Assembly: GCA_963848295.1 (NCBI GenBank)
Contig: CAWKDB010000002.1
Location: 672,001 to 736,000 of the forward strand
Length of the DNA stretch: 64,000 nt
Direction of reading: 5' to 3'
Origin: an uncultured delta proteobacterium
GTDB lineage: Bacteria > Myxococcota_A > Polyangia > Haliangiales > Haliangiaceae
Position numbers and translations under genes: made by a program. Of this stretch, positions 39,030 to 49,591 are shown piece by piece. The notes beneath the pieces are model-generated. The model made no database searches and was not told the origin of the DNA. It was given only the letters and a program-made list of their open reading frames with translations. Each line of letters begins with the position of its first letter. Positions within the stretch are counted from its first letter, which is position 1.

Positions 39030-39458
39030 GATGGTCTGGCATTCGCCGCCGCGTGTGCCGCGATCGCGGGCGACCTCGACCTCGCGCGCGCGACGATCGG
39101 AAAGACCGACGATCCGAGGTATGCGGTCTGGCCGACGTTCGAGCGCGCTCACACGCTGGCGGATCGCCGCAACGACGACCCCGCGATCGCCGCGATCATG
39201 CGACTAGTCCTCGAGTTCTGGCCCGAAAACTTCATGGCTAACTATCATGCGGGCATCACCGAGTTCATCCAGCGCGATCCGCGGGCACGAGATCACCTGC
39301 GTGCGTTCCGCCGGCTGTACACCAAGCAGGATGGCTTCGCCACGACGGGGCGGGCTCTGCTCGACGAGCTCGATCACCCCGGAGATCCGAAATGCTCGCG
39401 CGTGGTCGCGATCGACCCGGAGGGTCATCGCATCCATCCCCCCGGATGCGCGCCTTGA
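39030..39458 (+). pseudogene. 5'-truncated hypothetical (TPR-like) gene remnant
   Basis: Protein-like frame opens right after the LMF stop without a start codon (DGLAFAAACAAIAG...IMRLVLEFWPENFMANYHAG...). Confidence 0.45.
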
Positions 39459-39479
39459 CGATAGGTGATACGGCAACGC

Positions 39480-40370
39480 ATGGACCGCCTCGAAGATCAC
39501 CTCGACAAGCTGCCCGCGTTCCTGGAGACCGTGCGGGCGCGCTCGATCCGCGGCGCGGCCAGGGCGCTCGGCCGGAGTCAGCCGGCGGTGTCTCGCACCC
39601 TCCGGCTGCTCGAGGACGCAGCCGGCGCGCGGCTGTTCGTGCGCGACTCCTCCGGCATCAAGCTCACCGCGACCGGCCAGCGGCTGTTCGAGTTCGCGGA
39701 TCACGTGCGCTCGGGGCTCGCGCAGTTTCGCGCGGAGGCGAGTCCGGACAAGAAGATCCGCCAGCAGGTCTCGTTCGGGACCTACGAGAGCATCGCGGTC
39801 TACTTCCTGCCCGGGTTCCTGCGCTACGCCGCCGACGTCCAGAACCATCTCGAGATCTCGCTGTTCACCGCGCCGAGCGCGGAGCTGTTCGACGCGCTGT
39901 TGCGCAGCCGCGTCGATCTGATCCTGAGCGTCAACCCACCGGTGCATCGCAGCGTGCGCTCGACCGTGCTGTTTGGCGACGAGTACCGGCTCTACCGCGA
40001 GCCGTCGTTGACGGTCTCGCCCCGCACTCCGCTGCTCGTGTTCGAGGACGCCGCCGATGCGAAGGGCAAGACCGTGGCGAGCCACGTCCGATCGTCCCGC
40101 CACGCCCGCCGCCGCAAGTTCACGTGCGCGAGCTTCGAGGTGGTCGCGGCGCTCACCGCGGCCGGGCTCGGGCTTGGCATCCTGCCGTCGCGAGTCGCCC
40201 AGCGTTCGATCTCGGGCCGCGAGCTCGTCGAGGTCGACGGTGCCGGCACCCCGTGGCGGTTCGGCAAGCACCCGATCGCGGTGTCTTACCTGAGGCATCG
40301 ACTCGGCGATCCGGCGGTGCTGTGGATCCAGCGCGTGCTCGAGCAGTTCGAGGCCGCGAAGCTGTTGTAA
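39480..40370 (+). CDS. LysR family transcriptional regulator
   Basis: SIRGAARALGRSQPAVSRTLRLLEDAAGARLF. Confidence 0.93.
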   Translation: MDRLEDHLDKLPAFLETVRARSIRGAARALGRSQPAVSRTLRLLEDAAGARLFVRDSSGIKLTATGQRLFEFADHVRSGLAQFRAEASPDKKIRQQVSFGTYESIAVYFLPGFLRYAADVQNHLEISLFTAPSAELFDALLRSRVDLILSVNPPVHRSVRSTVLFGDEYRLYREPSLTVSPRTPLLVFEDAADAKGKTVASHVRSSRHARRRKFTCASFEVVAALTAAGLGLGILPSRVAQRSISGRELVEVDGAGTPWRFGKHPIAVSYLRHRLGDPAVLWIQRVLEQFEAAKLL

Positions 40371-40513
40371 GGCGGTGATAACGGCGAGGGAGATCGCCTC
40401 GATCACGTGTCGCAGGCGCGGCCGACGCCGCCCGGTCGCGATCGCAACACCGTCGAGCAATGCCGTCGGCACCACGACGAATGCGGTTCGCCGAGCGAGG
40501 CGGCGCCGCCTCA

Positions 40514-40530
40514 TATCCACTTTTTGGATA
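40514..40530. promoter_or_regulatory. LysR-type T-N11-A palindrome
   Basis: TATCCA-CTTTT-TGGATA in an AT-rich patch about 70 bp upstream of 40603. Confidence 0.6.
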
Positions 40531-40602
40531 CCCATATATAGATTTTGTGTCTAGTCGGAACGCGTCGGCCTCGCTAAGCAACCCGTCCATAGGAGGTACT
40601 TC

Positions 40603-41478
40603 ATGCTTCGACTCATCAAATTCGCACTCGCGTCCTCGATCTTGCTCCCCGCCTGCACCGACAGCGGCTCCTCGCAGATGCCCGTCACGGTCTCGGCCTC
40701 GACGCTGCCCATGCTCGGCTCCGGCTACGTCTACGAAGGTTGGTTCATCACGACCGACGGTCCGCAATCGACCGGGCGGTTCACGGTGGATGCTTCGGGC
40801 ACGCCGACCCCAGCCTCGGCGATGGTGGCGACCTCGATCGTCGACGCCGCGACCGCCTCGGTGATCACGATCGAGCCCGCGGTCAACGACGACCCAGCGC
40901 CATCGCAGACGCACATCGTCGGCGGCGACGTCACGGACGGCGCCGCAGATCTCACGGTCGCGTACAGCGCGGCGCTCGGCACGGACTTCAGCGCGGCCGC
41001 GGGCACGTACGTGCTGGCCACGCCATCGACCGCCACCAATACCGCCGACAACGATCAGGGCATCTGGTGGCTGGTGCCGCCGCAGACCGACGGCGGATCG
41101 CCGACACCCGGCCTGACCTTGCCCACGCTGCCGACCGGTTGGATGTACGAGGGCTGGGTGGCGAGCTCGACCGGGCCGGTGTCGACCGGCAAGTTCACCT
41201 CGGTTAGCGGAGCGGACGCCGACGGAGCGGGCCCGACCGCCGGCACCGACGCGCCACCGCCGTTCCCCGGCCAGGACTTCATCAACCCGGCCATGGTGCT
41301 CACCTCCGGGTTCAAGGCGGTGATCACGGTCGAGCCGGATCCGGACGACGCGCCGACGCCGTTCGCGATCAAGCCGCTGATCGCGAACCCGATCGGTACG
41401 ATGACCGCCCCGACCTCGTTGCCGATGACCGGTCAAGGCGGCCAGGGCCTCCCAACCGCACACATCGCGGCGGGCTGA
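40603..41478 (+). CDS. Lipoprotein with two internal 'YEGW...STGxF...VITxEP' domains (RskA C-terminal-like)
   Basis: LLPAC lipobox; duplicated motif set; AGGAGG RBS. Confidence 0.75.
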   Translation: MLRLIKFALASSILLPACTDSGSSQMPVTVSASTLPMLGSGYVYEGWFITTDGPQSTGRFTVDASGTPTPASAMVATSIVDAATASVITIEPAVNDDPAPSQTHIVGGDVTDGAADLTVAYSAALGTDFSAAAGTYVLATPSTATNTADNDQGIWWLVPPQTDGGSPTPGLTLPTLPTGWMYEGWVASSTGPVSTGKFTSVSGADADGAGPTAGTDAPPPFPGQDFINPAMVLTSGFKAVITVEPDPDDAPTPFAIKPLIANPIGTMTAPTSLPMTGQGGQGLPTAHIAAG

Positions 41479-41486
41479 AGCGCAGC

Positions 41487-43658
41487 CTACGTCGTCCGAT
41501 CGAGCCAGGCGAGGCGGCCGCGTCCCGGCGCGAACACGAGGCCGAGCAGCGCGACGAGCCCGAGCGCGAACAACAGCGGCAACGCGACCGAGCCGCGGGG
41601 CGCGTAGGTGAAGACGATGCGCGCTTCCCCGGCGGGGACGAGCACGCCGCGCAGATCGTAGTCGGCGCGGAACACCCGCTCGGCGCGTCCGTCGACCTCG
41701 GCGGTCCAGCCGTCGGCGTAGGCCTCGGCGAGCACGAGCACCCCGGCGGCCGGTGCCCGAGTGTCGACGACGATGCGATCGGGTTCGTACTCGACGACCC
41801 GCGCCGCGACCGGCGCCGCGTTGCCTTGCGGGAGGCTCAGCCCGTCGACATCGTCGGGCTCCGCGTACGCGGCGATCCGGCGGGATGGCGCGGTGGTCGA
41901 GAGCGCGTGGAGCACCTGCGCCCGCGCCATCGTGTCGATGCGCGAGTACCAGCGCGCCACCGGCACGACGTCATCGAGCCGCGCGATCACGGGCGTCACC
42001 GCACGCGCGCGGGGAGCGTCGGGTCCGATCAGGTAGCGGACGTTGAGGTTCGCCAGCAAGAACACGCCGGACGTCGCGCGCTCGATCTCGGCGTGACGCT
42101 GCGACTCGATCGGATTGGAGAACCCCGACTCCTCGCGACGACCCGCGAGATCCGCGACGAAGTACGGGACCTTTCGCCCGGCGCCCAACCGCTGCGCGGC
42201 GTCGAAGTAGCGCCACTCCTGGCGCGTGCCGGTCAGCACTTCGGCCTTCGCGAGATCAGCAGCCACATCGTACGGCCCCTCGAGGATCGCGAGCGTCGAG
42301 GCACCCGCGTGCCACAGGTCGACGAGCACGATCGCGGGGAGCGCGACCGAAGCGATCCACCGCGCCGCACCCCGCGCGCGCGGCGGGAGCGCGGGGATCC
42401 ACATGAACGCGCCCGCGATGACGACCGTCGCGCCGGACAGCACGACCCGGAGGTCGCCGAGCCCGCCGATCGCGGTGGCGACGACGCACCACAGACCGCC
42501 GCAAGCGAGCCAGATCCCGCGGCGTCGGGTGGTGGCGTCGTCGACGGCAAGTGCGGACACCGCTTCACCGGCCAGGACGGCCGCAGCGAGCGCAAAGATC
42601 AGATCGAAGCGATAGGCGATCCGGAACAGCCCGAAGCCCGGGACGTGCTCCGCGAACCACGGCAGCAATCGCCCCGAGCTGCCGAGCGCGAACACGATCG
42701 AGAGCACCGCGATCGCGAGCCACAGCAACGTCCAGCTACGACGCCGCCGACCGCCGGTCGCGAGCAGCCACAGCGCGCCGACCAGCGCGAGCGGCCCGAC
42801 GTACAGGGCCTGCAGCCAGTTCGTGTCGAGGTTCGGGACGACGAGCCCGCGCAGCCCGCTGACCTGCAACGGCCCTTGCAGGACGTAGTCGAGCCCGCGA
42901 TCGTCGCGCACCGAGCTCGCGATCGCGGACCATGCCGGGATCCACGTCGATGCCAGGAGCAGCGCCGCGAGTACACCAAGAGCGAGACCGCTTCGCCATG
43001 GCACGGCGCTCCACCGCCGCGGTGGCCAGGTCACGTACAGCGCGTATCCGGCAAACACGAGCAGCCCGAAGAAGAAGCTCTGCGGGTGCCCGGCGGTACC
43101 GGATAGCCAGAGCGAACCGACGATCATCGCGCCACGGCGTGGGCTCGGTAGCTCGCGATACCGATCGATCGCCAACAGCACCCACGGCCAATACAACGCG
43201 GGCCACAGCAGCGACCCGTCCTTGTGAGCCAAGAGCGGGCTGCCGAGCAGAAACGTCAGCGCGGCGACGACGCTCGCGACGCCCGAGCGCGTGCGCGACC
43301 AGGTCCAGGCATGCATGCCGCACACGCCGACGAGCAGCGACAGCAACGCCTTGGCCTGGATCAACCACGGCCCGGTCCCGACGACGAACGCCCCGAGCCA
43401 ACACAACCAGTTCACCGGGTGATAGAGCCCGGCCTGCGGATCGGCCCACGCGGGATAGCCGCCCAATGCGTACGGGTTCCACAACGGCAGGTGCCCGTCG
43501 CGAATCGACCGGATCTGGAGCTCGAGATCGGGCCAGAACTCGCGCGTGCAGTCCCAGCCGAACAGCTTGTGACCGGCGACGACCGGCCAGTACAGCACGA
43601 CCAACAGCGCGGCGTAGCCGACCACGACGGCGGTCACGTCGACGCCGCGACGGCTCAC
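41487..43658 (-). CDS. YfhO family membrane (GT-C-like) protein
   Basis: LPLWNPYALGGYPAWADPQ, AGHPQ, GVLVLAEAYADGWTAEVDG. Start approximate. Confidence 0.85.
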   Translation of the reverse strand: MSRRGVDVTAVVVGYAALLVVLYWPVVAGHKLFGWDCTREFWPDLELQIRSIRDGHLPLWNPYALGGYPAWADPQAGLYHPVNWLCWLGAFVVGTGPWLIQAKALLSLLVGVCGMHAWTWSRTRSGVASVVAALTFLLGSPLLAHKDGSLLWPALYWPWVLLAIDRYRELPSPRRGAMIVGSLWLSGTAGHPQSFFFGLLVFAGYALYVTWPPRRWSAVPWRSGLALGVLAALLLASTWIPAWSAIASSVRDDRGLDYVLQGPLQVSGLRGLVVPNLDTNWLQALYVGPLALVGALWLLATGGRRRRSWTLLWLAIAVLSIVFALGSSGRLLPWFAEHVPGFGLFRIAYRFDLIFALAAAVLAGEAVSALAVDDATTRRRGIWLACGGLWCVVATAIGGLGDLRVVLSGATVVIAGAFMWIPALPPRARGAARWIASVALPAIVLVDLWHAGASTLAILEGPYDVAADLAKAEVLTGTRQEWRYFDAAQRLGAGRKVPYFVADLAGRREESGFSNPIESQRHAEIERATSGVFLLANLNVRYLIGPDAPRARAVTPVIARLDDVVPVARWYSRIDTMARAQVLHALSTTAPSRRIAAYAEPDDVDGLSLPQGNAAPVAARVVEYEPDRIVVDTRAPAAGVLVLAEAYADGWTAEVDGRAERVFRADYDLRGVLVPAGEARIVFTYAPRGSVALPLLFALGLVALLGLVFAPGRGRLAWLDRTT

Positions 43659-43774
43659 CGCGAAGCGTCGAAAACATGCGCCACCCACCGCGGCTACGTT
43701 ACCGGAGACCGACGGCCTCGACGAGCACTCGCGCCTAGTCGCGGCGACCGCGCGGACGTGATTAGATCGCCAAG

Positions 43775-44719
43775 ATGGTCGCCCGCGTGCTCGGTGCTGT
43801 CGCGGTCGTGCTCGCGCTCGTCGCCAGCGCGCACGCCGACGACAAGCCGTGGGCCGCGGGGGTCTCCGCGGCAAACCAGAAGCAGGCGCTCGCGCTGTAT
43901 CGCGAAGGCAACGCGTTCTTCGAGCAGTCGCAATACAAGGACGCGCTGCCGAAGTACGAAGCGGCGATCGCGCTGTGGGACCACCCGGCGATTCACTACA
44001 ACGCCGCGGTCTGCCTCATCAACCTCGATCGACCGGTCGAGGCGTTCGACAACATCGTCTCGGCGCTGCGGTTCGGCGCCGCCCCGCTCGGCTCCGATCT
44101 GTTCAAGCAAGGCGAGACGTATCGCAAGATGCTGGCGGCGCAGGTCGGCGAGCTCGAGGTCAGCTGCGCCGATCTCGGCGCTCGAGTGACGCTCGACGGC
44201 GAGCCGATGTTCACCGGGCCGGGCTCGGCCAAGCGCCGATTGCGCGTCGGCGATCACCAGATCGTCGTCATGAAACCGCGCTATCAGACCGAGACCCGCC
44301 CGGTTCACCTCAACGGCGGCGACGATCAGCACGTCGCGATCGCGCTGCAGCCTGTTCCCGGCCAGCGCGCGTTGCACCGCAGGTGGGCGAAGTGGAAGCC
44401 GTGGTCGCTGGTGGTGGGCGGCGTCGCGATCGCTGCGGCCGGCGGGCTTCCGCTCCGCGCATCGCAGCACTACGCGTCGAGGTATCAGGCGTGGCTCGAC
44501 AACTGCGAGCCGTGCCTGATGCCATATCCCGCGAACGAAACGCAGGAGCATTCACTCGCGACCCGCGATCTGTGGATCGCGCGCGGCGCGTTCGCGGTCG
44601 GCGGTGCGCTCGCGATCGCCGGGGTCGCGCTCGTGGTGCTGGACCAGCCGCGGCTCGTCGCGGTGACGCCGATCGCCGGCCGCGAGCAGGTCGGACTCGC
44701 TATTTCAGGTCGGTGGTGA
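43775..44719 (+). CDS. Secreted TPR + PEGA domain protein
   Basis: Signal peptide; TPR helices (LYREGN...HYNAAVC); GARVTLDG...LRVGDHQIVV; C-terminal hydrophobic segments. Confidence 0.8.
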   Translation: MVARVLGAVAVVLALVASAHADDKPWAAGVSAANQKQALALYREGNAFFEQSQYKDALPKYEAAIALWDHPAIHYNAAVCLINLDRPVEAFDNIVSALRFGAAPLGSDLFKQGETYRKMLAAQVGELEVSCADLGARVTLDGEPMFTGPGSAKRRLRVGDHQIVVMKPRYQTETRPVHLNGGDDQHVAIALQPVPGQRALHRRWAKWKPWSLVVGGVAIAAAGGLPLRASQHYASRYQAWLDNCEPCLMPYPANETQEHSLATRDLWIARGAFAVGGALAIAGVALVVLDQPRLVAVTPIAGREQVGLAISGRW

Positions 44720-47438
44720 TCTGGCCCTGGTGCTTGAGCTTCTTGTTCGCCGCTTCTTCTTGTTGCTTCGCGCGGGTCTCGCGCGATAGCGCGACGCCGG
44801 CGTTATGAATCGTGGACTTCTGGTCCTGGATCTCGCGCAACGCGTTCGCCTCGCGCGCTTCGGAGGCTTGGGCCTCCGCCGTCTTCGCGTCGGCGGTCTG
44901 CTTCTCGACGAGGAGCTGTTGCGCCTGGACCTGCAGCTGGTGGTTCACGAGCTCGGCGTGCGCGGTAGCCGCCTCGGCGGTCGCGGTGGCCGCCTCGGCC
45001 GTCACCTTCGCGGCTTTCGCTCCAGTCTCGTTGTCGCGTGCGACCTGCTCGGCATCGCGGATCTGCACGAGCGCGACCCCGCCCGCCGCTAGCACCGCAC
45101 CGAGCACCGTGAACGCGCCGATCACGAGCCGGCGGCGCAACCGAGCCGAGCGCGTGCCGAGCGCGAGCACGGCGTCGAGAAAGTCCTGTTCGCGCGGCGC
45201 GAGCTGGCGCGGAGCGCGCGACCACCACAGCCGCGCTTCTTCCATCGCTTCGTTGCGCCACAGCAGGCCCTGGACCCTGCCCTTCTGATCCCATTGCTTC
45301 GCCGCGGTGCGGAGCTGCGCGACGAACGCCGCGTCTTCCTGGGTCTCGTCGAGCCACCGCCTCAGCGCCGGCCAGGTCTTGATCAGCGATTCGTGGACGA
45401 GCTCGACCGCCGCGCTACCGCCTTCGCGCTGCGCGTGGACCACGAGCAGCCGCGCCGCGACGAGCAGGCTGATGATCCGATCGATGTCGGGCGAGATCTC
45501 GCTCAGCTCGGTCGCGTCGACGATCGCGCGCGTGCGCTCCGGCGTGACGAGCCGCTGGCACATCGCGCTCACGAGGTGCTGATCGTGCGCCGACAGCCCG
45601 GCGAGCACTTCCTCGGCGTGAGTCGCGAGCGCGCCGCCGACGCCGCCCATCGCGTCGTAGCTGGCGGCGGTGAGCACGCGCCTCGTGCGATCGCGCTGGT
45701 CCCACAGCCGCGCGGCGGTGAACTGCAACAGCGGCAGCGGACCCGGCGTCGCGCTCAACGTCTCGAGCATCGCCGCGACGACGCCGGGCTCGAACGTGTA
45801 GCCGAGCAGGTCGAGCGGCTGGACCAGCGCCTGCTCGAGGCCGGTACGGCTCGGCGGCTGCAGGAACACGAGACCGCGCGACAGGTCTTCGACGAACCGG
45901 CGATCCTCGGCCGCGCGATCGAGAAAGTCCGAGCGCATCGCGACGATCGCGCGCAACGGCCCAGACGGATCGTCGGCGGCGCCCGCGAGGCACGCGGTGA
46001 ACGCGCGGCGCTCGGCGGCCTCCGGCACGAGGGTGTACAGCTCTTCGTGCTGATCGACGAACAGCAAGATCTGGGTGCGCCGGCGACGGGCCCGCGCGCG
46101 CAAGCGGGCGCCGAACGTGCCGGGCTCGGCGCGCAGCCGTTGCACCGGATCCTCGGTCACGATCGGGTCGCTGTCGCGGCTATCGCGCAGCGCCTCGAGC
46201 ACGCCGGCGAGCGACGCGAGTGGCTGCCGCCCCGGCCGCACGATGATGACCTCCCACGATTCGCCGGAGCTCTTGAGCGCCGACGCGACACCGGCGCGCA
46301 CGAGCGAGGACTTGCCGACGCCGGACGGCCCGACCACGCCGAGCAACGGCTGATCGCGCAGCTTCGCGACGACCGCGGCGATATCGGCCGACCGGCCGAA
46401 GAACCGGTTCGCGTCGGCCTCCTGAAACGACGTGAGGCCGGGATACGGGCTGTCATCCGCGACGAGGCTGCGCCCCGCTCGGCTCGGCAACAGCGGCTCG
46501 AGATCGGCGAGCAGCTCCTCGGCGGTCGCGTAGCGCTCGGTCTTGCGCTTCGCGAGGCAGCGCGCGACCACGCGGACGAGTCGATCCGGCAGATCGGCGA
46601 CCTCGTCGGCGAGCGATCGCAACGGCGTGTCGAGCGCGGCGGCGGCGCCGAACAACTTGCCCTGCGTCACCGGCTCGAGTGGATGCTGACCGGCGAGCAT
46701 CTCGAACAGCATGATACCGACCGCCCACAAGTCGCTGCGGTGATCGACGTCGTCGGTGCCGAGCTGCTCGGGCGACATGTACGGCAGCGTCCCGACGATC
46801 GCGCCGGCGCGGGTCTCGGTCAGCGGCGCGCCGGGCGAGGCCGAGCGCGGACGCGGCGCCGCCGGCTCGGGCGTCGCGAACAGCTTCGCGATGCCGAAGT
46901 CGAGCACCTTGACCGTGCCCGACTTCGTGACGATCACGTTCTCCGGCTTGAGATCGCGGTGCACGATGTTCGCGGCGTGCGCACACGCGAGCGCCTTGAC
47001 GACCGGCACGATCAGCTCGATCGCGCGCCCGACCGGCATGCGCCTGTCCGCCATCAGCGCGCCGAGCGACACGCCCTCGACGTATTCGAACACCATGTAC
47101 GGCAGACCGGCGAGCTCGTCGACGTCGTGAATGACGACGATGTGCTCGTGCGCGCACCTCGCGGTCGCGCGCGCTTCGACGAGGAACCGCTCGGTGAACT
47201 GCTTGCCGCGCGACGCGAGGAACTTCATCGCGACCCGGCGGCCGAGGCGCGTGTCGCGCGCGAGGAACACCTGGCCCATACCGCCGCGCCCGATCTCGCG
47301 AATCACCTCGTACTGCTCGATCCGCATGCCCGGCACGATCGCCGGCGCGGCGCTAGGCTCCGGCTCGGGACCGCGGGCGTCGATCTCCGTGCGCTCGTGA
47401 CGAGCCGATCGGCGCTTGCCGTCGCTCGACTCGGTCAT
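44700..47438 (-). CDS. Ser/Thr kinase-nSTAND1 NTPase fusion with TM helix and coiled-coil tail
   Basis: [23 protein letters not shown]...[34 protein letters not shown]. Confidence 0.92.
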   Translation of the reverse strand: MTESSDGKRRSARHERTEIDARGPEPEPSAAPAIVPGMRIEQYEVIREIGRGGMGQVFLARDTRLGRRVAMKFLASRGKQFTERFLVEARATARCAHEHIVVIHDVDELAGLPYMVFEYVEGVSLGALMADRRMPVGRAIELIVPVVKALACAHAANIVHRDLKPENVIVTKSGTVKVLDFGIAKLFATPEPAAPRPRSASPGAPLTETRAGAIVGTLPYMSPEQLGTDDVDHRSDLWAVGIMLFEMLAGQHPLEPVTQGKLFGAAAALDTPLRSLADEVADLPDRLVRVVARCLAKRKTERYATAEELLADLEPLLPSRAGRSLVADDSPYPGLTSFQEADANRFFGRSADIAAVVAKLRDQPLLGVVGPSGVGKSSLVRAGVASALKSSGESWEVIIVRPGRQPLASLAGVLEALRDSRDSDPIVTEDPVQRLRAEPGTFGARLRARARRRRTQILLFVDQHEELYTLVPEAAERRAFTACLAGAADDPSGPLRAIVAMRSDFLDRAAEDRRFVEDLSRGLVFLQPPSRTGLEQALVQPLDLLGYTFEPGVVAAMLETLSATPGPLPLLQFTAARLWDQRDRTRRVLTAASYDAMGGVGGALATHAEEVLAGLSAHDQHLVSAMCQRLVTPERTRAIVDATELSEISPDIDRIISLLVAARLLVVHAQREGGSAAVELVHESLIKTWPALRRWLDETQEDAAFVAQLRTAAKQWDQKGRVQGLLWRNEAMEEARLWWSRAPRQLAPREQDFLDAVLALGTRSARLRRRLVIGAFTVLGAVLAAGGVALVQIRDAEQVARDNETGAKAAKVTAEAATATAEAATAHAELVNHQLQVQAQQLLVEKQTADAKTAEAQASEAREANALREIQDQKSTIHNAGVALSRETRAKQQEEAANKKLKHQGQITTDLK

Positions 47439-48712
47439 AACGTCCGATACTGCTCGACGAGTGTGTCGAGCTCGCCGAACAGCCCGCGCACGTCGGTGTC
47501 GGCGCGCGGTCGCTCCACATCGATCGCATCGAACAACCCGCGGAACGCGTCGGCGAGCGCGTCTTGTAAGCCGGCGACCGTCGCGGCCATCGCGTCGCGC
47601 CTGTCGACCGCGGCGGCGTGGCCCGAGCTCTCGGCCTCGGAGCTGACGACCGCGAGCTCGAGCTCGATCGTCGACAGCTCTTCTTGCAGCCGGTCGATGT
47701 CGTTGATCGGATGGTCGAGCGCGTCGGCGAGGTCGAGCAGCGTCGCGCGGATCTGGTTGGTCAGCGCTTGGCCGACGTTGCTCATCCCCGTCGTCGTGAA
47801 CAGGTGCGCGTTGCGCCGCCGCGGATCGGGCGAGCTCGGCGCTCGACCGCGCAACCGTTCGAGCTCGCCGACGAGCCGCGCCGCGGTCGGCCGATCGCCG
47901 GCAGCCTTCGCGACGCACGCGGCGATCAACGCATCGAGCCCGGGCACCGCCGCGACATCGGGAACGCGTTTCTCGAGGCGCTCCGGCGTCTCGTGCAGGT
48001 GCGCGTAGACCATCGCGACCGTCGGGCGCGGCCGGAACAGCGGCTTGCCGCTGAGCGCGAAGTACGCGATGCCGCCGAGCGCGTAGATATCGGCGGCCGG
48101 GCCGACGTCGGCATCCGAGCTCTGCTCCGGCGCCCAATACAGGGGCGAGCCGACCAGCTCTTGATCGTCGGTGAGCCGAGTCAGGCCTTGTTCGGCGGCG
48201 AACTTCGCGAGCCCGAAGTCGATGATCTTGGTCTGGCGAGGATCGCCACCGCACAGCAACACGTTCGACGGCTTGAGATCGCGATGAACGATGCCGATGC
48301 CATGCGCGTACGCGAGCGCCGACGCGATCTGGATCAGGATGTCGAGCGCGTCGCGCACGGCGAACGCTCCCTCCCACCCGATCGCGCCTTGTAGATTTGG
48401 CCCGGCGACGTACTCCATGCCGAGGTACAGCGCGCCGGTATCGAGCCTGCCGGCATCGAGGATCTGCACGATGTTCGGGTGGCGCAGCCGACCGAGCGTC
48501 TCGACCTCTCGACGGAGCCGCGCGGCCGCTTGTTGGCTGGCGTCGCGATCGGCGCGCACGATCTTGAACGCGCGCAGCTCGCCCGAGCTCGACTTGGCGA
48601 GATAGACCTCGCCCATGCCGCCGACCCCGAGCGAGCGGACGATCTCGTGCCCGTCGACGACCTGACCGATCACGACGCCGAGCGTAACATCGCCGCGGCG
48701 GGCTCGCGACAA
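47435..48712 (-). CDS. Ser/Thr kinase with helical C-terminal extension
   Basis: LGVGGMG, HRDLKPSN, DFG, YWAPE. True start may be about 40 nt downstream. Confidence 0.9.
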   Translation of the reverse strand: MSRARRGDVTLGVVIGQVVDGHEIVRSLGVGGMGEVYLAKSSSGELRAFKIVRADRDASQQAAARLRREVETLGRLRHPNIVQILDAGRLDTGALYLGMEYVAGPNLQGAIGWEGAFAVRDALDILIQIASALAYAHGIGIVHRDLKPSNVLLCGGDPRQTKIIDFGLAKFAAEQGLTRLTDDQELVGSPLYWAPEQSSDADVGPAADIYALGGIAYFALSGKPLFRPRPTVAMVYAHLHETPERLEKRVPDVAAVPGLDALIAACVAKAAGDRPTAARLVGELERLRGRAPSSPDPRRRNAHLFTTTGMSNVGQALTNQIRATLLDLADALDHPINDIDRLQEELSTIELELAVVSSEAESSGHAAAVDRRDAMAATVAGLQDALADAFRGLFDAIDVERPRADTDVRGLFGELDTLVEQYRTL

Positions 48713-49558
48713 TCAGGCCGGCGCGAGGCGGCGCAAGGCAGCATAAAGATCCGCTGCGGACGCATAGCGGTCATCGGGCCGCTTCGCGAGCAAGCGGAGA
48801 ATGATCGCATCGAGCTCGGCCGGCAACTCACCGGTCGGCCCGCGGCTGCTCGGCGGTGCCGGCTCCTGTGTGAGGTGCGCGTGCAAGATCTCCTGCGCGG
48901 TGCCGAGAAACGGCGCGCGGCCGGTGACCAGCTCGTACGCGATGCAACCGATCGCGTAGAGGTCGGTTCGCGGATCGTTGCCGGTGCCGGTCGCACGCTC
49001 GGGCGACATGTACTTCGCGGTGCCCCAGATCACGTTGCTCGTGCTGAGCGCGACGCTGTCGGCGTGGTCGGGCGCGACGATCTTCGCCATCCCGAAGTCG
49101 AGCACCTTGAGCGTGTCGTCGGGCGCGACGATCAGGTTGCTCGGCTTGAGGTCGCGATGGACGACCCCGCGCGAGTGCGCATGATGCACGGCCTGCGCGA
49201 GCTGATCGAGCACGCGGATCGCGCGCGGCACGCTGAACCGGGCCGTGCGCAGCAACTGCTGCACGTTCTGGCCTTCGGCGTGCTCCATCGCGATGTAGAA
49301 CCTACCGTCCGGGAATTGCCCCGAGTCGAACAGCCCGACGATGTGCGGGTGGCGCAGCCGGTTGACCGCTCTAGCCTCGCGGCGAAACCGCGACACGAAC
49401 TGCGGATCGCGCGCGACCGTCGAGCTCAGGATCTTCAGCGCCTCGAGTCGCTCGAGCGGCACGTTCTCGGCGAGCCAGACCTCGCCCATCCCGCCGCGGC
49501 CCAGCTCCGAGATGATGCGCCAGCGATCGATCAGGACCGTACCGATCATCGACAGCAC
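48713..49558 (-). CDS. Stand-alone Ser/Thr kinase
   Basis: LGRGGMG, ALKIL, HRDLKPSN, DFG, YMSPE. Confidence 0.92.
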   Translation of the reverse strand: MLSMIGTVLIDRWRIISELGRGGMGEVWLAENVPLERLEALKILSSTVARDPQFVSRFRREARAVNRLRHPHIVGLFDSGQFPDGRFYIAMEHAEGQNVQQLLRTARFSVPRAIRVLDQLAQAVHHAHSRGVVHRDLKPSNLIVAPDDTLKVLDFGMAKIVAPDHADSVALSTSNVIWGTAKYMSPERATGTGNDPRTDLYAIGCIAYELVTGRAPFLGTAQEILHAHLTQEPAPPSSRGPTGELPAELDAIILRLLAKRPDDRYASAADLYAALRRLAPA

Positions 49559-49591
49559 AGGATTTTATCACGCGGTGGCATAATGGATGGC

